The translations under genes were made by a program, and so were the position numbers. The notes beneath the pieces were generated by a model, which was given only the letters and a program-made list of their open reading frames with translations, was not told the origin of the DNA and searched no databases. This document shows, in pieces, positions 1-7,570 of a stretch of 64,000 nucleotides of DNA; position 1 is the first letter of the stretch, and each line of letters starts with the position of its first letter. Source of the stretch: Candidatus Acidiferrales bacterium (GTDB taxonomy: Bacteria; Vulcanimicrobiota; Vulcanimicrobiia; Vulcanimicrobiales; Vulcanimicrobiaceae); NCBI GenBank assembly GCA_035484815.1, contig DATHOO010000046.1, positions 3,850 through 67,849 of the forward strand, in the 5' to 3' direction.

Positions 1-187
1 CCGCGACCGCGATGCAATCTTGCGCGCATTTGAGGTCGCTGCCATGACGTTGGCCCGCATAGGTGGAAGTACGCTCTCAATCGGCATGTCAGGCGATTGG
101 CGCGAAGCAGTGCGAGCCGGCTCAACGATGGTGCGCATCGGTGAGGCACTCTTTGGTTCGCGACCGAAAAAGGAGGTTCGCCAGTGA
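1..187 (+). CDS. yggS: YggS-family pyridoxal-phosphate-binding protein, C-terminal fragment (gene begins upstream of the window)
   Basis: Frame starting at nt 2 translates to ...LSIGMSGDWREAVRAGSTMVRIGEALFGSRPKKEVRQ*, the conserved YggS C-terminus. Stop TGA 185-187 overlaps the sepF GTG at 184. Order yggS-sepF-divIVA is the classic arrangement. Confidence 0.8.
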   Translation, partial: RDRDAILRAFEVAAMTLARIGGSTLSIGMSGDWREAVRAGSTMVRIGEALFGSRPKKEVRQ

Positions 188-597
188 GCATGTTCAGTAA
201 AATCGGATCGTTCTTCTCGATCCGCGACGACGAGGAAGAGCTCTTCACCGACGAAGGATCGAGCGCGCGGGTTGTCTCGCTCGCATCGGCGGGAAGACGC
301 GGCGGCACGCAGGTGAGCGTTTACTCGCCACGCAGCTATCAGGACGTGGTGGAGATCGCAGACTCACTGCGAAGTCGCCAAGTCGTCATCGTCAATCTGC
401 AGAATGCAGATCGCACGCTCTTGCAGCGCGTCGTCGACTTCACCTCAGGCGTCGCATACACGATCGACGGCAAGATCCAGAAACTCGCCGAGTCGATCTA
501 TCTCGTCGTACCGGCCGGCATCATTGTCAATGCCGCCGGCTTGCGCGACTCGATGATCGCCGACGGCACCTTCGATTTCATGGCCAACCGAACGTAG
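184..597 (+). CDS. sepF: Cell division protein SepF
   Basis: 137 aa. Core VSVYSPRSYQDVVEIADSLRSRQVVIVNLQNADRTLLQRVVDFTSGVAYTIDGKIQKLAESIYLVVP matches the SepF/DUF552 fold. AGGAGG at 171-176 lies 7 nt upstream of the GTG. Confidence 0.9.
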   Translation: MSMFSKIGSFFSIRDDEEELFTDEGSSARVVSLASAGRRGGTQVSVYSPRSYQDVVEIADSLRSRQVVIVNLQNADRTLLQRVVDFTSGVAYTIDGKIQKLAESIYLVVPAGIIVNAAGLRDSMIADGTFDFMANRT

Positions 598-607
598 GAC
601 GAACAGG

Positions 608-1153
608 ATGGAGAAGATCACACCGGTCGACATTCAGCACAAAAGTTTCAAGAAAGCACTTCAGGGATACGACCGAGCGGACGTCGACCAGTTTCTCGAC
701 GAAATCATCGAGACGTTGGAAGACGAGGCGCAGCACCGGGCCGCACTCGACGCGGAGATCGCCGACCTCAAGGAGCGCGTAAGCCATTTCAAGGCGATGG
801 AAGAGTCGCTGCAAAATACGCTGGTGCTGGCGCAGCGGACGGCCGACGAGGTGAAAGCCTCGGCACACAAGGAAGCCGATTTGATTCGCGATAAGGCGCG
901 TTTGGCCGCCGAGCGGGAGATCGTCGGCTACAATGATGCGATTGCCGAGGCACGCAGGGAGCAGCAGCGCGCGGTCGAGGAAGCCGAAAAGGCTCGCAGC
1001 GAGCTGCGCAGCCTGCTCATGACGCATCTCGCATTGCTCCAACGATCGGACGCTGCCACCGGCAACGGGGAAGCGCCCAGCCCCGCCCCCGCCGAGAGTG
1101 AGGCGTCGAAAGAACCGCCGAAGGACGACACCACCCGCATCACGGTCTACTAA
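608..1153 (+). CDS. divIVA: DivIVA-domain cell division / polar scaffold protein
   Basis: 181 aa. N-terminus MEKITPVDIQHKSFKKALQGYDRADVDQFLDEI is the DivIVA signature, followed by coiled-coil sequence. Sits directly after sepF. Confidence 0.9.
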   Translation: MEKITPVDIQHKSFKKALQGYDRADVDQFLDEIIETLEDEAQHRAALDAEIADLKERVSHFKAMEESLQNTLVLAQRTADEVKASAHKEADLIRDKARLAAEREIVGYNDAIAEARREQQRAVEEAEKARSELRSLLMTHLALLQRSDAATGNGEAPSPAPAESEASKEPPKDDTTRITVY

Positions 1154-1190
1154 TCCTTCGCCGAAGCCCGTCCTCTCGCTGGTCGAAGGG

Positions 1191-1358
1191 ATCTAGTGGT
1201 CTGTAACGCCGAGATGTGTAGTGCCGCGGCCCGCTTGTGGGATGAAATGCAAGGAGCGATGAGCGACAAAAGCAGCGCTTTGCGAGCGAAGAGCGACGCC
1301 GCAGTTCGCCCGCAGGCGGGCCGCGGCCTACACGTCTCGGCGTTACAGGCCACTAGAT
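1191..1358 (+). promoter_or_regulatory. leuB 5' leader: 43-bp imperfect inverted repeat (long hairpin) enclosing an 81-nt loop and ending inside the leuB AUG
   Basis: 1193-1234 pairs with 1316-1356, giving 41 pairs and one bulged T at 1222. The only two mismatches are T opposite G. Pairing extends to AT/AT at 1191-1192 and 1357-1358. The inverted repeat is a sequence fact; a regulatory role is inferred. Confidence 0.6.
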
Positions 1359-2430
1359 GACACGAGGTCAGATTGCCGTGTTGGCCGGGGATGGTATCGG
1401 TCCTGAGGTCACCGACGCCGCAGCCCGGATTTTGCGTTACGTGCGCCCTGACCTCGATTGCGCTGAAGGCCTTGTCGGCGGCGCCGCACTCGCGCGAGCC
1501 CTTCCGGCGCTTCCCGAGGCTACGCGCAAACTCTGCGAGCGCAGCGACGCGATTCTCTTTGGAAGCGTCGGCCTTCCGGAACACGATGGCAAGCCGCTGG
1601 CGGAGCGACCGGAGTACGCGCTCTTTTTATTGCGACGTGATTTCGAGCTCTATGCGAACCTGCGGCCGGTGCGCGTCTTTGCGGGTTTGGAAGAGGCCTC
1701 GCCGCTGCGTTCGGAGATCGTGCGTGGGCTCGACCTTTTAGTAGTGCGCGAGCTCACCGGCGGCATCTACTACGGCCGGCCGAAGGAGCGGCGGACGGTC
1801 GAGGGAATCGAAGAAGCCGTCGACACGATGTTCTACCGCGCGCCGGAGATCGAGCGGATTGCCCGGATTGCGTTCGAGCTCGCGCGCGCACGCCGTAAGC
1901 GCTTAACGTCGGTCGACAAGCAGAACATTCTGGAGACGTCGCGGCTTTGGCGCCAAGTCGTCAACGAGATCGCCCGCGAGTATCCAGATGTGGCGCTCGA
2001 GCACCTCTTGGTGGACACCGCGTCGATGCAGCTCGTGCAGCGTCCCGGCGATTTCGACGTGATCGTAACCGAGAACATGTTCGGCGATATCCTTTCCGAC
2101 GAGGCGGCGATTCTGACCGGTTCGATCGGCACGCTGCCGAGCGCGAGTTTGGGAGCCGGCGGCTCACCCGGACGGCAGTTCGGCCTCTACGAGCCGATCG
2201 GCGGAACTGCCCCCGATATCGCTGGGCGCAACATCGCCAATCCCACCGCCGCCATTCTCTCGGCGGCGATGCTGCTTCGCCACTCGCTCGACGACGACGC
2301 GAACGCCGCGCGCATCGAGCGCGCCGTCGAGGGCGCCTATGCCGACGGGCTGCGCACTGCCGAACTCATACCGGCAAACGGCGCCCTTTCGACCCAGGCG
2401 TTCACCGACGCGGTCGCACTGCGGTTGTAG
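1357..2430 (+). CDS. leuB: 3-isopropylmalate dehydrogenase
   Basis: 357 aa. MTRGQIAVLAGDGIGPEV N-terminus, ...NMFGDILSDEAA..., and LYEPIGGTAPDIAGRNIANP motifs are typical of IPMDH. Confidence 0.95.
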   Translation: MTRGQIAVLAGDGIGPEVTDAAARILRYVRPDLDCAEGLVGGAALARALPALPEATRKLCERSDAILFGSVGLPEHDGKPLAERPEYALFLLRRDFELYANLRPVRVFAGLEEASPLRSEIVRGLDLLVVRELTGGIYYGRPKERRTVEGIEEAVDTMFYRAPEIERIARIAFELARARRKRLTSVDKQNILETSRLWRQVVNEIAREYPDVALEHLLVDTASMQLVQRPGDFDVIVTENMFGDILSDEAAILTGSIGTLPSASLGAGGSPGRQFGLYEPIGGTAPDIAGRNIANPTAAILSAAMLLRHSLDDDANAARIERAVEGAYADGLRTAELIPANGALSTQAFTDAVALRL

Positions 2431-2444
2431 CGCCGAGGAGCCTG

Positions 2445-2804
2445 CTAGACCTTCGTCGTCGCGTCGGCGACTCTGCGGCCGATGAAGTCGATGAAGCGTA
2501 CGCGCAGGATTGCATGCGTGTGCGGATGCTCCGCGGTCCACGCGGCGCGCCAGCGCGCGAGGGCGTCACGCTTGAGCGCCGCAATCGTATCGTCGTCAGC
2601 CTCGATGTAATGCTGGAGGTCGACGCTCAGGATGAGCGTCGATTGCGGCCGAACGTCGAACCCCATGACGACGTCGGGATATTGGTGCTTCAGCGGCGCC
2701 ATCGCCGCGATCTCCACATCGTTGACCTGCTGGCGTGCGCTGAGCGAGCTACAGGCCGCCAGCGTTGCCGCCAGAGCGAAGCCCACCACGCGCAGATCGT
2801 TCAT
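2445..2804 (-). CDS. Hypothetical lipoprotein
   Basis: 119 aa. Signal peptide with lipobox (ALAATLAAC). No recognisable domain. Convergent with leuB. Confidence 0.55.
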   Translation of the reverse strand: MNDLRVVGFALAATLAACSSLSARQQVNDVEIAAMAPLKHQYPDVVMGFDVRPQSTLILSVDLQHYIEADDDTIAALKRDALARWRAAWTAEHPHTHAILRVRFIDFIGRRVADATTKV

Positions 2805-2848
2805 CGTGCTGAAACGATTCGGCTACGCCTGCGCGCTACCATGCGGTC

Positions 2849-3184
2849 ATGGACGGTATCGCATGGGCGGGTAGCGCAATGGTTGCGGCGCGAACGCGCC
2901 TCGAAGTCGCCACCGAGAATCTGGCCAACGTTTCGACCGAAGGCTTCCGACGCGTCGTCGCGCGCGGCTTTTTAACCCCGCTTGGCGTAAGCATCGTCGA
3001 GCAGCGAATGGCTCGCCAGGGCGGTGCGGTGCACTCCGGCACGCTCGCCACCAACGGCGTCAACGCGATTGCCGAGATGATCGACGTGCTCGCCGCCGAG
3101 CGTTCCTTCGAAAGTGCGCAAAAAGTCGTCAGTACGATCGATAAGTCGCGCGAAAAAGCGGCGCAAGCCGCTCACGTCGCTTAG
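2849..3184 (+). CDS. Short flagellar basal-body rod family protein, FlgF-like with the central domain missing
   Basis: 111 aa. N-terminus MDGIAWAGSAMVAARTRLEVATENLANVSTEGFRR matches the rod N-terminal motif. C-terminus NGVNAIAEMIDVLAAERSFESAQKVVSTIDK matches the rod C-terminal motif. Only about 40 residues lie between them. Confidence 0.6.
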   Translation: MDGIAWAGSAMVAARTRLEVATENLANVSTEGFRRVVARGFLTPLGVSIVEQRMARQGGAVHSGTLATNGVNAIAEMIDVLAAERSFESAQKVVSTIDKSREKAAQAAHVA

Positions 3185-3195
3185 CGGAGCCGGCG

Positions 3196-3924
3196 ATGGA
3201 TCGCGCGCTCTTCGCCGCCGCCAGCGGCATGGCTGCACAACAGCAGAATCTCGACACGATCGCCGACAACTTAGCCAACGCGGGCGTCGTCGGATACAAG
3301 GGCTCAGCGCAGCGATTCGCCGAGCTCGTCGCGCCGGGTGAGCGCGGTCTGGGGACCGTCGCCTTGGGCGCGCACGTACTCTTCGCGCAAGGCAAACTCG
3401 CGCGAAGCCCGGGTCCGTTCGATCTTGCGATCGACGGGCCCGGGTTCTTTACGCTCGTCGATGAGCATGGCCGGCACCTCTACACGCGCGATGGCCAGTT
3501 CGCGCGGTCGGCCGACGGAACATTGCGAAACGCGCGCGACGCGCGTCTGGAAGGAATACGCATTCCATCCGATGCGCTTTCGGCGACCGTTATGCCTGAC
3601 GGAAAGGTGCGTGTGACCTTCGCGAACGGTACCCGCACGATCGGGCAGATCCGCTTGGCGGAGTTCCCGGCGCCCGATCGTCTGCGTGCGGTCGATGGCG
3701 CGCTTTTCGAAGCCACCCGCGAGTCGGGGAAGCCGCGCGAGATCGTGCCGGGCAGCGACAATGGACCGAAGCTCCGTTTCGGCATGCTGGAAGAATCGAA
3801 CGTCACGATCATCGAGGCGATGATGCAAATTCTCGCCGCGCAACGAGCCTACGAAGCCAATGCGAAGGGCGTACAAGCAGCCGATGAGATGCTGCGCATC
3901 GCCAACAATCTGCAGCGTGGATAG
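3196..3924 (+). CDS. flgG: Flagellar basal-body rod protein FlgG
   Basis: 242 aa. MDRALFAAASGMAAQQQNLDTIADNLANAGVVGYK N-terminus and SNVTIIEAMMQILAAQRAYEANAKGVQAADEML C-terminus. Confidence 0.85.
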   Translation: MDRALFAAASGMAAQQQNLDTIADNLANAGVVGYKGSAQRFAELVAPGERGLGTVALGAHVLFAQGKLARSPGPFDLAIDGPGFFTLVDEHGRHLYTRDGQFARSADGTLRNARDARLEGIRIPSDALSATVMPDGKVRVTFANGTRTIGQIRLAEFPAPDRLRAVDGALFEATRESGKPREIVPGSDNGPKLRFGMLEESNVTIIEAMMQILAAQRAYEANAKGVQAADEMLRIANNLQRG

Positions 3925-4111
3925 CGTCACGGCGCGTCGCGCGGGCGAGATGCTCGAAGCGATGTTACTCGCGCCGGTGTTGCGTCCGCTCATGGATGGC
4001 GGCGGCGCGCTCGGCGAGTACGAGCTCGATCTGCTCGCCGGTGAGATCGCCGCACACGACGGTCGCGGCTTCGCGGAATTGCTCGCTTCGCGTTTACAAC
4101 GATCGCCGTGA
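3917..4111 (+). CDS. Small rod-binding (FlgJ N-terminal-like) protein, putative
   Basis: GTG 3917 overlaps the flgG end by 8 nt. The 64-aa product contains AGEMLEAMLLAPVLRPLM, resembling the FlgJ rod-binding motif. The track ORF start at 3860 would lie inside flgG. Stop overlaps the fliA GTG (GTGA). Confidence 0.4.
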   Translation: MDSVTARRAGEMLEAMLLAPVLRPLMDGGGALGEYELDLLAGEIAAHDGRGFAELLASRLQRSP

Positions 4112-4779
4112 CTGACGAACGTGACGCCGTCGTGAGCGCGCTGCTGCCGCTCGTGCGCAGGGTCGCACGGCGTCTCAAACGACTCGTTCCGAGCCTCGAC
4201 GTCGACGATCTCATCGGTGACGGCGCCATCGGCTTGATTCGCGCCGTCGATTCGTTCGATCCGTTGCGAGGACCGCAACTCACCGAGTATGCGCGGCGCC
4301 TCGTGGTCGGCGCGATGCTCAACGGCATACGGCGCATGGACCCCGTCTCCGAGCGCGCCCGGCGCATCGTTCGCGACGGCGAGAATCAGCGCTTCGCACT
4401 GGCCGCAGTGCGTGGCGAGCTTCCGACGGCGGCCGAAATGGAAGGGCGTTGTCCAGGGTATCGGCGAGCGCTGGCTGCGGCCTACCGCGGCCAGCCGCTC
4501 TCGCTCGATGCCCCGTTGCCGCGCGGCGAATCGGTGGCGCAGGACTGGAGCGACGATCCGGCGCGCATCGTCGAGCGCCGATCGGAGCGCGCGATGCTCG
4601 CGGCGCTGATCGACGGGCTCCCGCAGCGCCAGCGCGAGGTCGTGCTGCTGCACTACTTCAACGAAACGTCGCTGCGCTCGGTCGGTAGGCGTCTCGCCAT
4701 TTCGCCGCAGCGGGCGTCGCAGCTGCATATCAGCGCGATCGCGCGGCTCAAGCGGCAAACCCATGTTGCGACGCGTTGA
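4108..4779 (+). CDS. fliA: Sigma-70 family sigma factor, FliA/WhiG (sigma-28) type
   Basis: 223 aa. Region 2 DDLIGDGAIGLIRAVDSFDP and region 4 LPQRQREVVLLHYFNETSLRSVGRRLAISPQRASQLHISAIARLK. Located in the flagellar cluster. Confidence 0.8.
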   Translation: MTDERDAVVSALLPLVRRVARRLKRLVPSLDVDDLIGDGAIGLIRAVDSFDPLRGPQLTEYARRLVVGAMLNGIRRMDPVSERARRIVRDGENQRFALAAVRGELPTAAEMEGRCPGYRRALAAAYRGQPLSLDAPLPRGESVAQDWSDDPARIVERRSERAMLAALIDGLPQRQREVVLLHYFNETSLRSVGRRLAISPQRASQLHISAIARLKRQTHVATR

Positions 4780-5071
4780 ACTGGAGGAAACCCCCGCTAC
4801 TCTGCCGCTCCAGATCGGTGCAAGCCGGTCCGAAGCAATCGTTCCGATCGTTGCCGAAGGCGAACTTGAGACGGCGCTGCAGCCGCACGACCAACCGCGT
4901 TGGGTTAAAGACGCGGTTGCGGTTTCGCAACGGGCTCGCGAGCTTATCGCGAGCCTCCGGCCTGCGGCGGTGCGCGTTCTCTGCTTCTGGGATCACCGCA
5001 TCCGCTCGATCGTGGTCGCGGGCCGCTGCATACAAATTGATGCCAGTGGATGTTATCGTGTCGAATTCTAG
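4763..5071 (+). CDS. Hypothetical protein downstream of fliA
   Basis: 102 aa. ATG overlaps the fliA end by 17 nt. Codon pattern is plausible. No domain recognised. Competing overlapping ORFs (4776..5129 +, 4748..5188 -) look worse. Confidence 0.35.
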   Translation: MLRRVELEETPATLPLQIGASRSEAIVPIVAEGELETALQPHDQPRWVKDAVAVSQRARELIASLRPAAVRVLCFWDHRIRSIVVAGRCIQIDASGCYRVEF

Positions 5072-5184
5072 CCACCGGCCGGCAGGAGGTGTGCGAGCAC
5101 GGCAATTGCGACCGCCGCCGTGCCGATAAGGACAAAAGAGATCAATGCTCGCGTGACGAGGAGTACGTCGTCGTAAAGTTCCAT
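5068..5184 (-). CDS. Possible 38-aa single-pass membrane peptide
   Basis: My own translation gives MELYDDVLLVTRALISFVLIGTAAVAIAVLAHLLPAGG*. One clear TM helix. Lies downstream of gpmI on the same strand. Below the ORF-track size cutoff. No clear SD. Confidence 0.2.
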   Translation of the reverse strand: MELYDDVLLVTRALISFVLIGTAAVAIAVLAHLLPAGG

Positions 5185-5264
5185 CCACGCTAATCTCTCA
5201 CGCCAAGCTGGTAAAAGCCGTAAGGCAGCCTGTGATTACTCTGAACTTTCTTGAACGAGATGCG

Positions 5265-6803
5265 CTAAATCAGAGCTTCCCTAAAAAGATTGTGGCCGGT
5301 CATCCGTTCGGGAATCGGCAAACCCATCAGCGACAGCAGCGTCGGCGCGACATCGCCCAGTTTTCCTGCGCTTGCAAGCGTTCCATGCAGCCCGTCGGCG
5401 ACAAGGAGCAACGGCACCGGATTGGTCGTATGAGCAGTTAGCGGCTCGTTGTTGGCATCGAGTTCCTCTTCGGCGTTACCATGGTCTGCCGTGATCGCGA
5501 GCAGCCCATTGGCGCGTAACGTCGCGTCGGCGAGGCGGTGCAGGCACTCATCGATCACTTCGACTGCCTCGATCGTCGGCTGCCATTTTCCAGTATGACC
5601 GACCATGTCGGCATTCGCGTAGTTCATCACGATTGCGTCGTAGCGGCCGCTCTCGATCGCCGTTACCGCGGCATTGGTGATTTCGCGCGCGCGCATCGCG
5701 GGTGCTAAGTCGTAGGTCGCTACCGCCCGATCGGAGGGGATGAGCTCGCGCTCCTCGCCGTCGAATTGGTCTTCGCGGCCGCCGTTGAAGAAGTACGTGA
5801 CGTGCGCGTACTTTTCGGTCTCGGCGAGCCGTAGCTGGCGCAGGCCTTCGCGCGCGATTACCTCGCCAAAGGTGTCGTATTGTGGCCGCGGTCCGAAGAG
5901 CACGGGATTGGTATACGCTTCATCATACTTCGTCATCGTTGCGAAGAAGGGATTATCATAACGCTTCGAGGCAAAAACGCCGAAGCCGTCGTCGAAATAG
6001 AGCGACGTGCCGGCGTTGAATGCCGTCGTGAGCTGACGCGCGCGGTCGGGACGGAAGTTGAAGAAGACGAACGCGTCGCCGTCCTCGATCGGGCGCGCTT
6101 CACCGACGATCGTCGGAACGACAAACTCGTCGGTTTCGCCCCGCGCGTAGGCTTCGCGCACGGCGGAACCGGCGTCGCCGGCCCGATGCTCGGCTTTGGC
6201 GTTCGCAAGCAGGTCGTAGGCGCGCTGCGTGCGTTCCCAGCGCCGATCGCGATCCATCGCGTAATAGCGACCGGTGACGCTCGCGATCGACCCGGCGCGC
6301 CCGCCCGCGTCCAGCTTCCGCTCGAGCTGTTCGATGTATTGGGACGCCGAGCGCGGCGGCGTGTCGCGACCGTCGAGGAACGCATGAATGGCGATCGCGC
6401 AATCCTCGGCGACCGCAGCGTCGATCAGGGCGAAAAGATGCACGATCGAGCTGTGGACGCAACCGTCGGAGAGCAATCCCATGAGGTGTAGCCGGCCGCC
6501 CCTCCGCCGCGCGTGCACGAAGGCTCGCGCCAGCGTCTCGTTCTCAGCGAAATCGCCATCCGAGATCGCCGCGTTGATGACCGTAACGCCTTGCGGTACG
6601 ACGCGACCACTGCCGAGATTCATGTGCCCGACTTCGCTGTTGCCCATGATGCCTTTCGGCAGACCGACGGCTTCGCCCGACGCCGCGAGCAGCGTGTGCG
6701 GATAGCGTTGCCAGAGCTCGCGCCAATACGGCAGCTTGGCCGCGGCGATCGCGTTCCCGTGCGTCGCCTCGCGGCAGCCCCATCCGTCGAGCACGGCAAG
6801 CAC
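5265..6803 (-). CDS. gpmI: 2,3-bisphosphoglycerate-independent phosphoglycerate mutase
   Basis: 512 aa. LDGWG, GNSEVGHMNLGSGRVV, and ADHGNAEE motifs. Conserved N-terminal residues continue upstream of the GTG at 6803, so the probable true start is CTG 6821..6819 (see findings). Confidence 0.93.
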   Translation of the reverse strand: MLAVLDGWGCREATHGNAIAAAKLPYWRELWQRYPHTLLAASGEAVGLPKGIMGNSEVGHMNLGSGRVVPQGVTVINAAISDGDFAENETLARAFVHARRRGGRLHLMGLLSDGCVHSSIVHLFALIDAAVAEDCAIAIHAFLDGRDTPPRSASQYIEQLERKLDAGGRAGSIASVTGRYYAMDRDRRWERTQRAYDLLANAKAEHRAGDAGSAVREAYARGETDEFVVPTIVGEARPIEDGDAFVFFNFRPDRARQLTTAFNAGTSLYFDDGFGVFASKRYDNPFFATMTKYDEAYTNPVLFGPRPQYDTFGEVIAREGLRQLRLAETEKYAHVTYFFNGGREDQFDGEERELIPSDRAVATYDLAPAMRAREITNAAVTAIESGRYDAIVMNYANADMVGHTGKWQPTIEAVEVIDECLHRLADATLRANGLLAITADHGNAEEELDANNEPLTAHTTNPVPLLLVADGLHGTLASAGKLGDVAPTLLSLMGLPIPERMTGHNLFREALI

Positions 6804-6817
6804 CGCGAGCCGATATT

Positions 6818-7570
6818 TCAGCGTGACCCCTCGGCGGCGGCAATCAGCGATGCAAAGCCATCGGGATCGAGCGATGCGCCGCCGACGAGACCGCCGTTGA
6901 TGTTCGGCAACGCCACGTAAGACGCGACATTGACCGGCGTCACGCTCCCTCCGTAGAGAATCGGCGTTGCTTGTAAGCCGTCGAGGCCGGCGCGAATGGC
7001 GCCCATGACGCGATCGGCTTCGGCCGCGTCGCAGTTTTCGCCGGTACCGATCGCCCAGATCGGCTCGTAAGCGAGCACGACTTTGGCAAGCGCGCTCCGG
7101 GCGACGCCGTCGAGTGCGGCGCGCGTCTGCGCGATCACGCGCTTGTCGGTAAGCCCGGCGCGGCGCTCTTCCAGTGTCTCGCCGACGGCAACGATCGGCG
7201 TCAGGTCCTGCTCGAGCGCGGTTTTCACTTTACGATTCACGGTACGATCGGTTTCGTCGCAGTACGCGCGTCGCTCGGAATGGCCCAGGATGACGTGCGT
7301 CACGCCGAACTCCAGCAGCATTGGCGCGCTTACTTCACCGGTGAACGCTCCGGCGAGCTCCCAATGCATCGTCTGCGCTCCCAAACGGACGCGCGTTCCG
7401 CGCAATCGCGCAGCGGCTTGCGGAATCGACGTAAACGGCGGCGCGACGACGATTTCAACCGAGTCCGGCAGCGACGCGACTTTCGGAAGGAAGACGTCGA
7501 AAAACGCGGCGGTTTCGGCCGCGGTCTTATGCATCTTCCAGTTGCCCGCGGCAAGCCTCCTAATGTTCAA
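6818..7570 (-). CDS. tpiA: Triosephosphate isomerase
   Basis: 250 aa. AGNWKMHKT, HSERR, and AYEPIWAIGTG motifs. Confidence 0.95.
   Translation of the reverse strand: MNIRRLAAGNWKMHKTAAETAAFFDVFLPKVASLPDSVEIVVAPPFTSIPQAAARLRGTRVRLGAQTMHWELAGAFTGEVSAPMLLEFGVTHVILGHSERRAYCDETDRTVNRKVKTALEQDLTPIVAVGETLEERRAGLTDKRVIAQTRAALDGVARSALAKVVLAYEPIWAIGTGENCDAAEADRVMGAIRAGLDGLQATPILYGGSVTPVNVASYVALPNINGGLVGGASLDPDGFASLIAAAEGSR

Noticed and set aside
1191-1358. Interpreting the 168-nt inverted repeat as a MITE or REP-type mobile element with an AT target duplication.
   Set aside because: No second copy is visible in this window. The helix ends exactly in the leuB AUG. Both mismatches are strand-specific G-U wobbles, and coupled mini-ORFs thread through it. 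I therefore favour an RNA leader. A genome-wide copy search could still overturn this.
3304-4764. A 486-aa ORF on the minus strand spanning flgG, the FlgJ-like gene and fliA.
   Set aside because: It is antisense to three well-supported genes. The product is Arg/Ala-rich and low in complexity with no motifs. This is a typical high-GC antisense artefact.
4763-5071. Possible PilZ or FlgM identity for the 102-aa ORF after fliA.
   Set aside because: The RxxxR and DxSxxG PilZ motifs do not line up (the sequence has RRVEL and DASGCY). No FlgM-like C-terminal sigma-28-binding helix pattern was recognisable. It is left as hypothetical.
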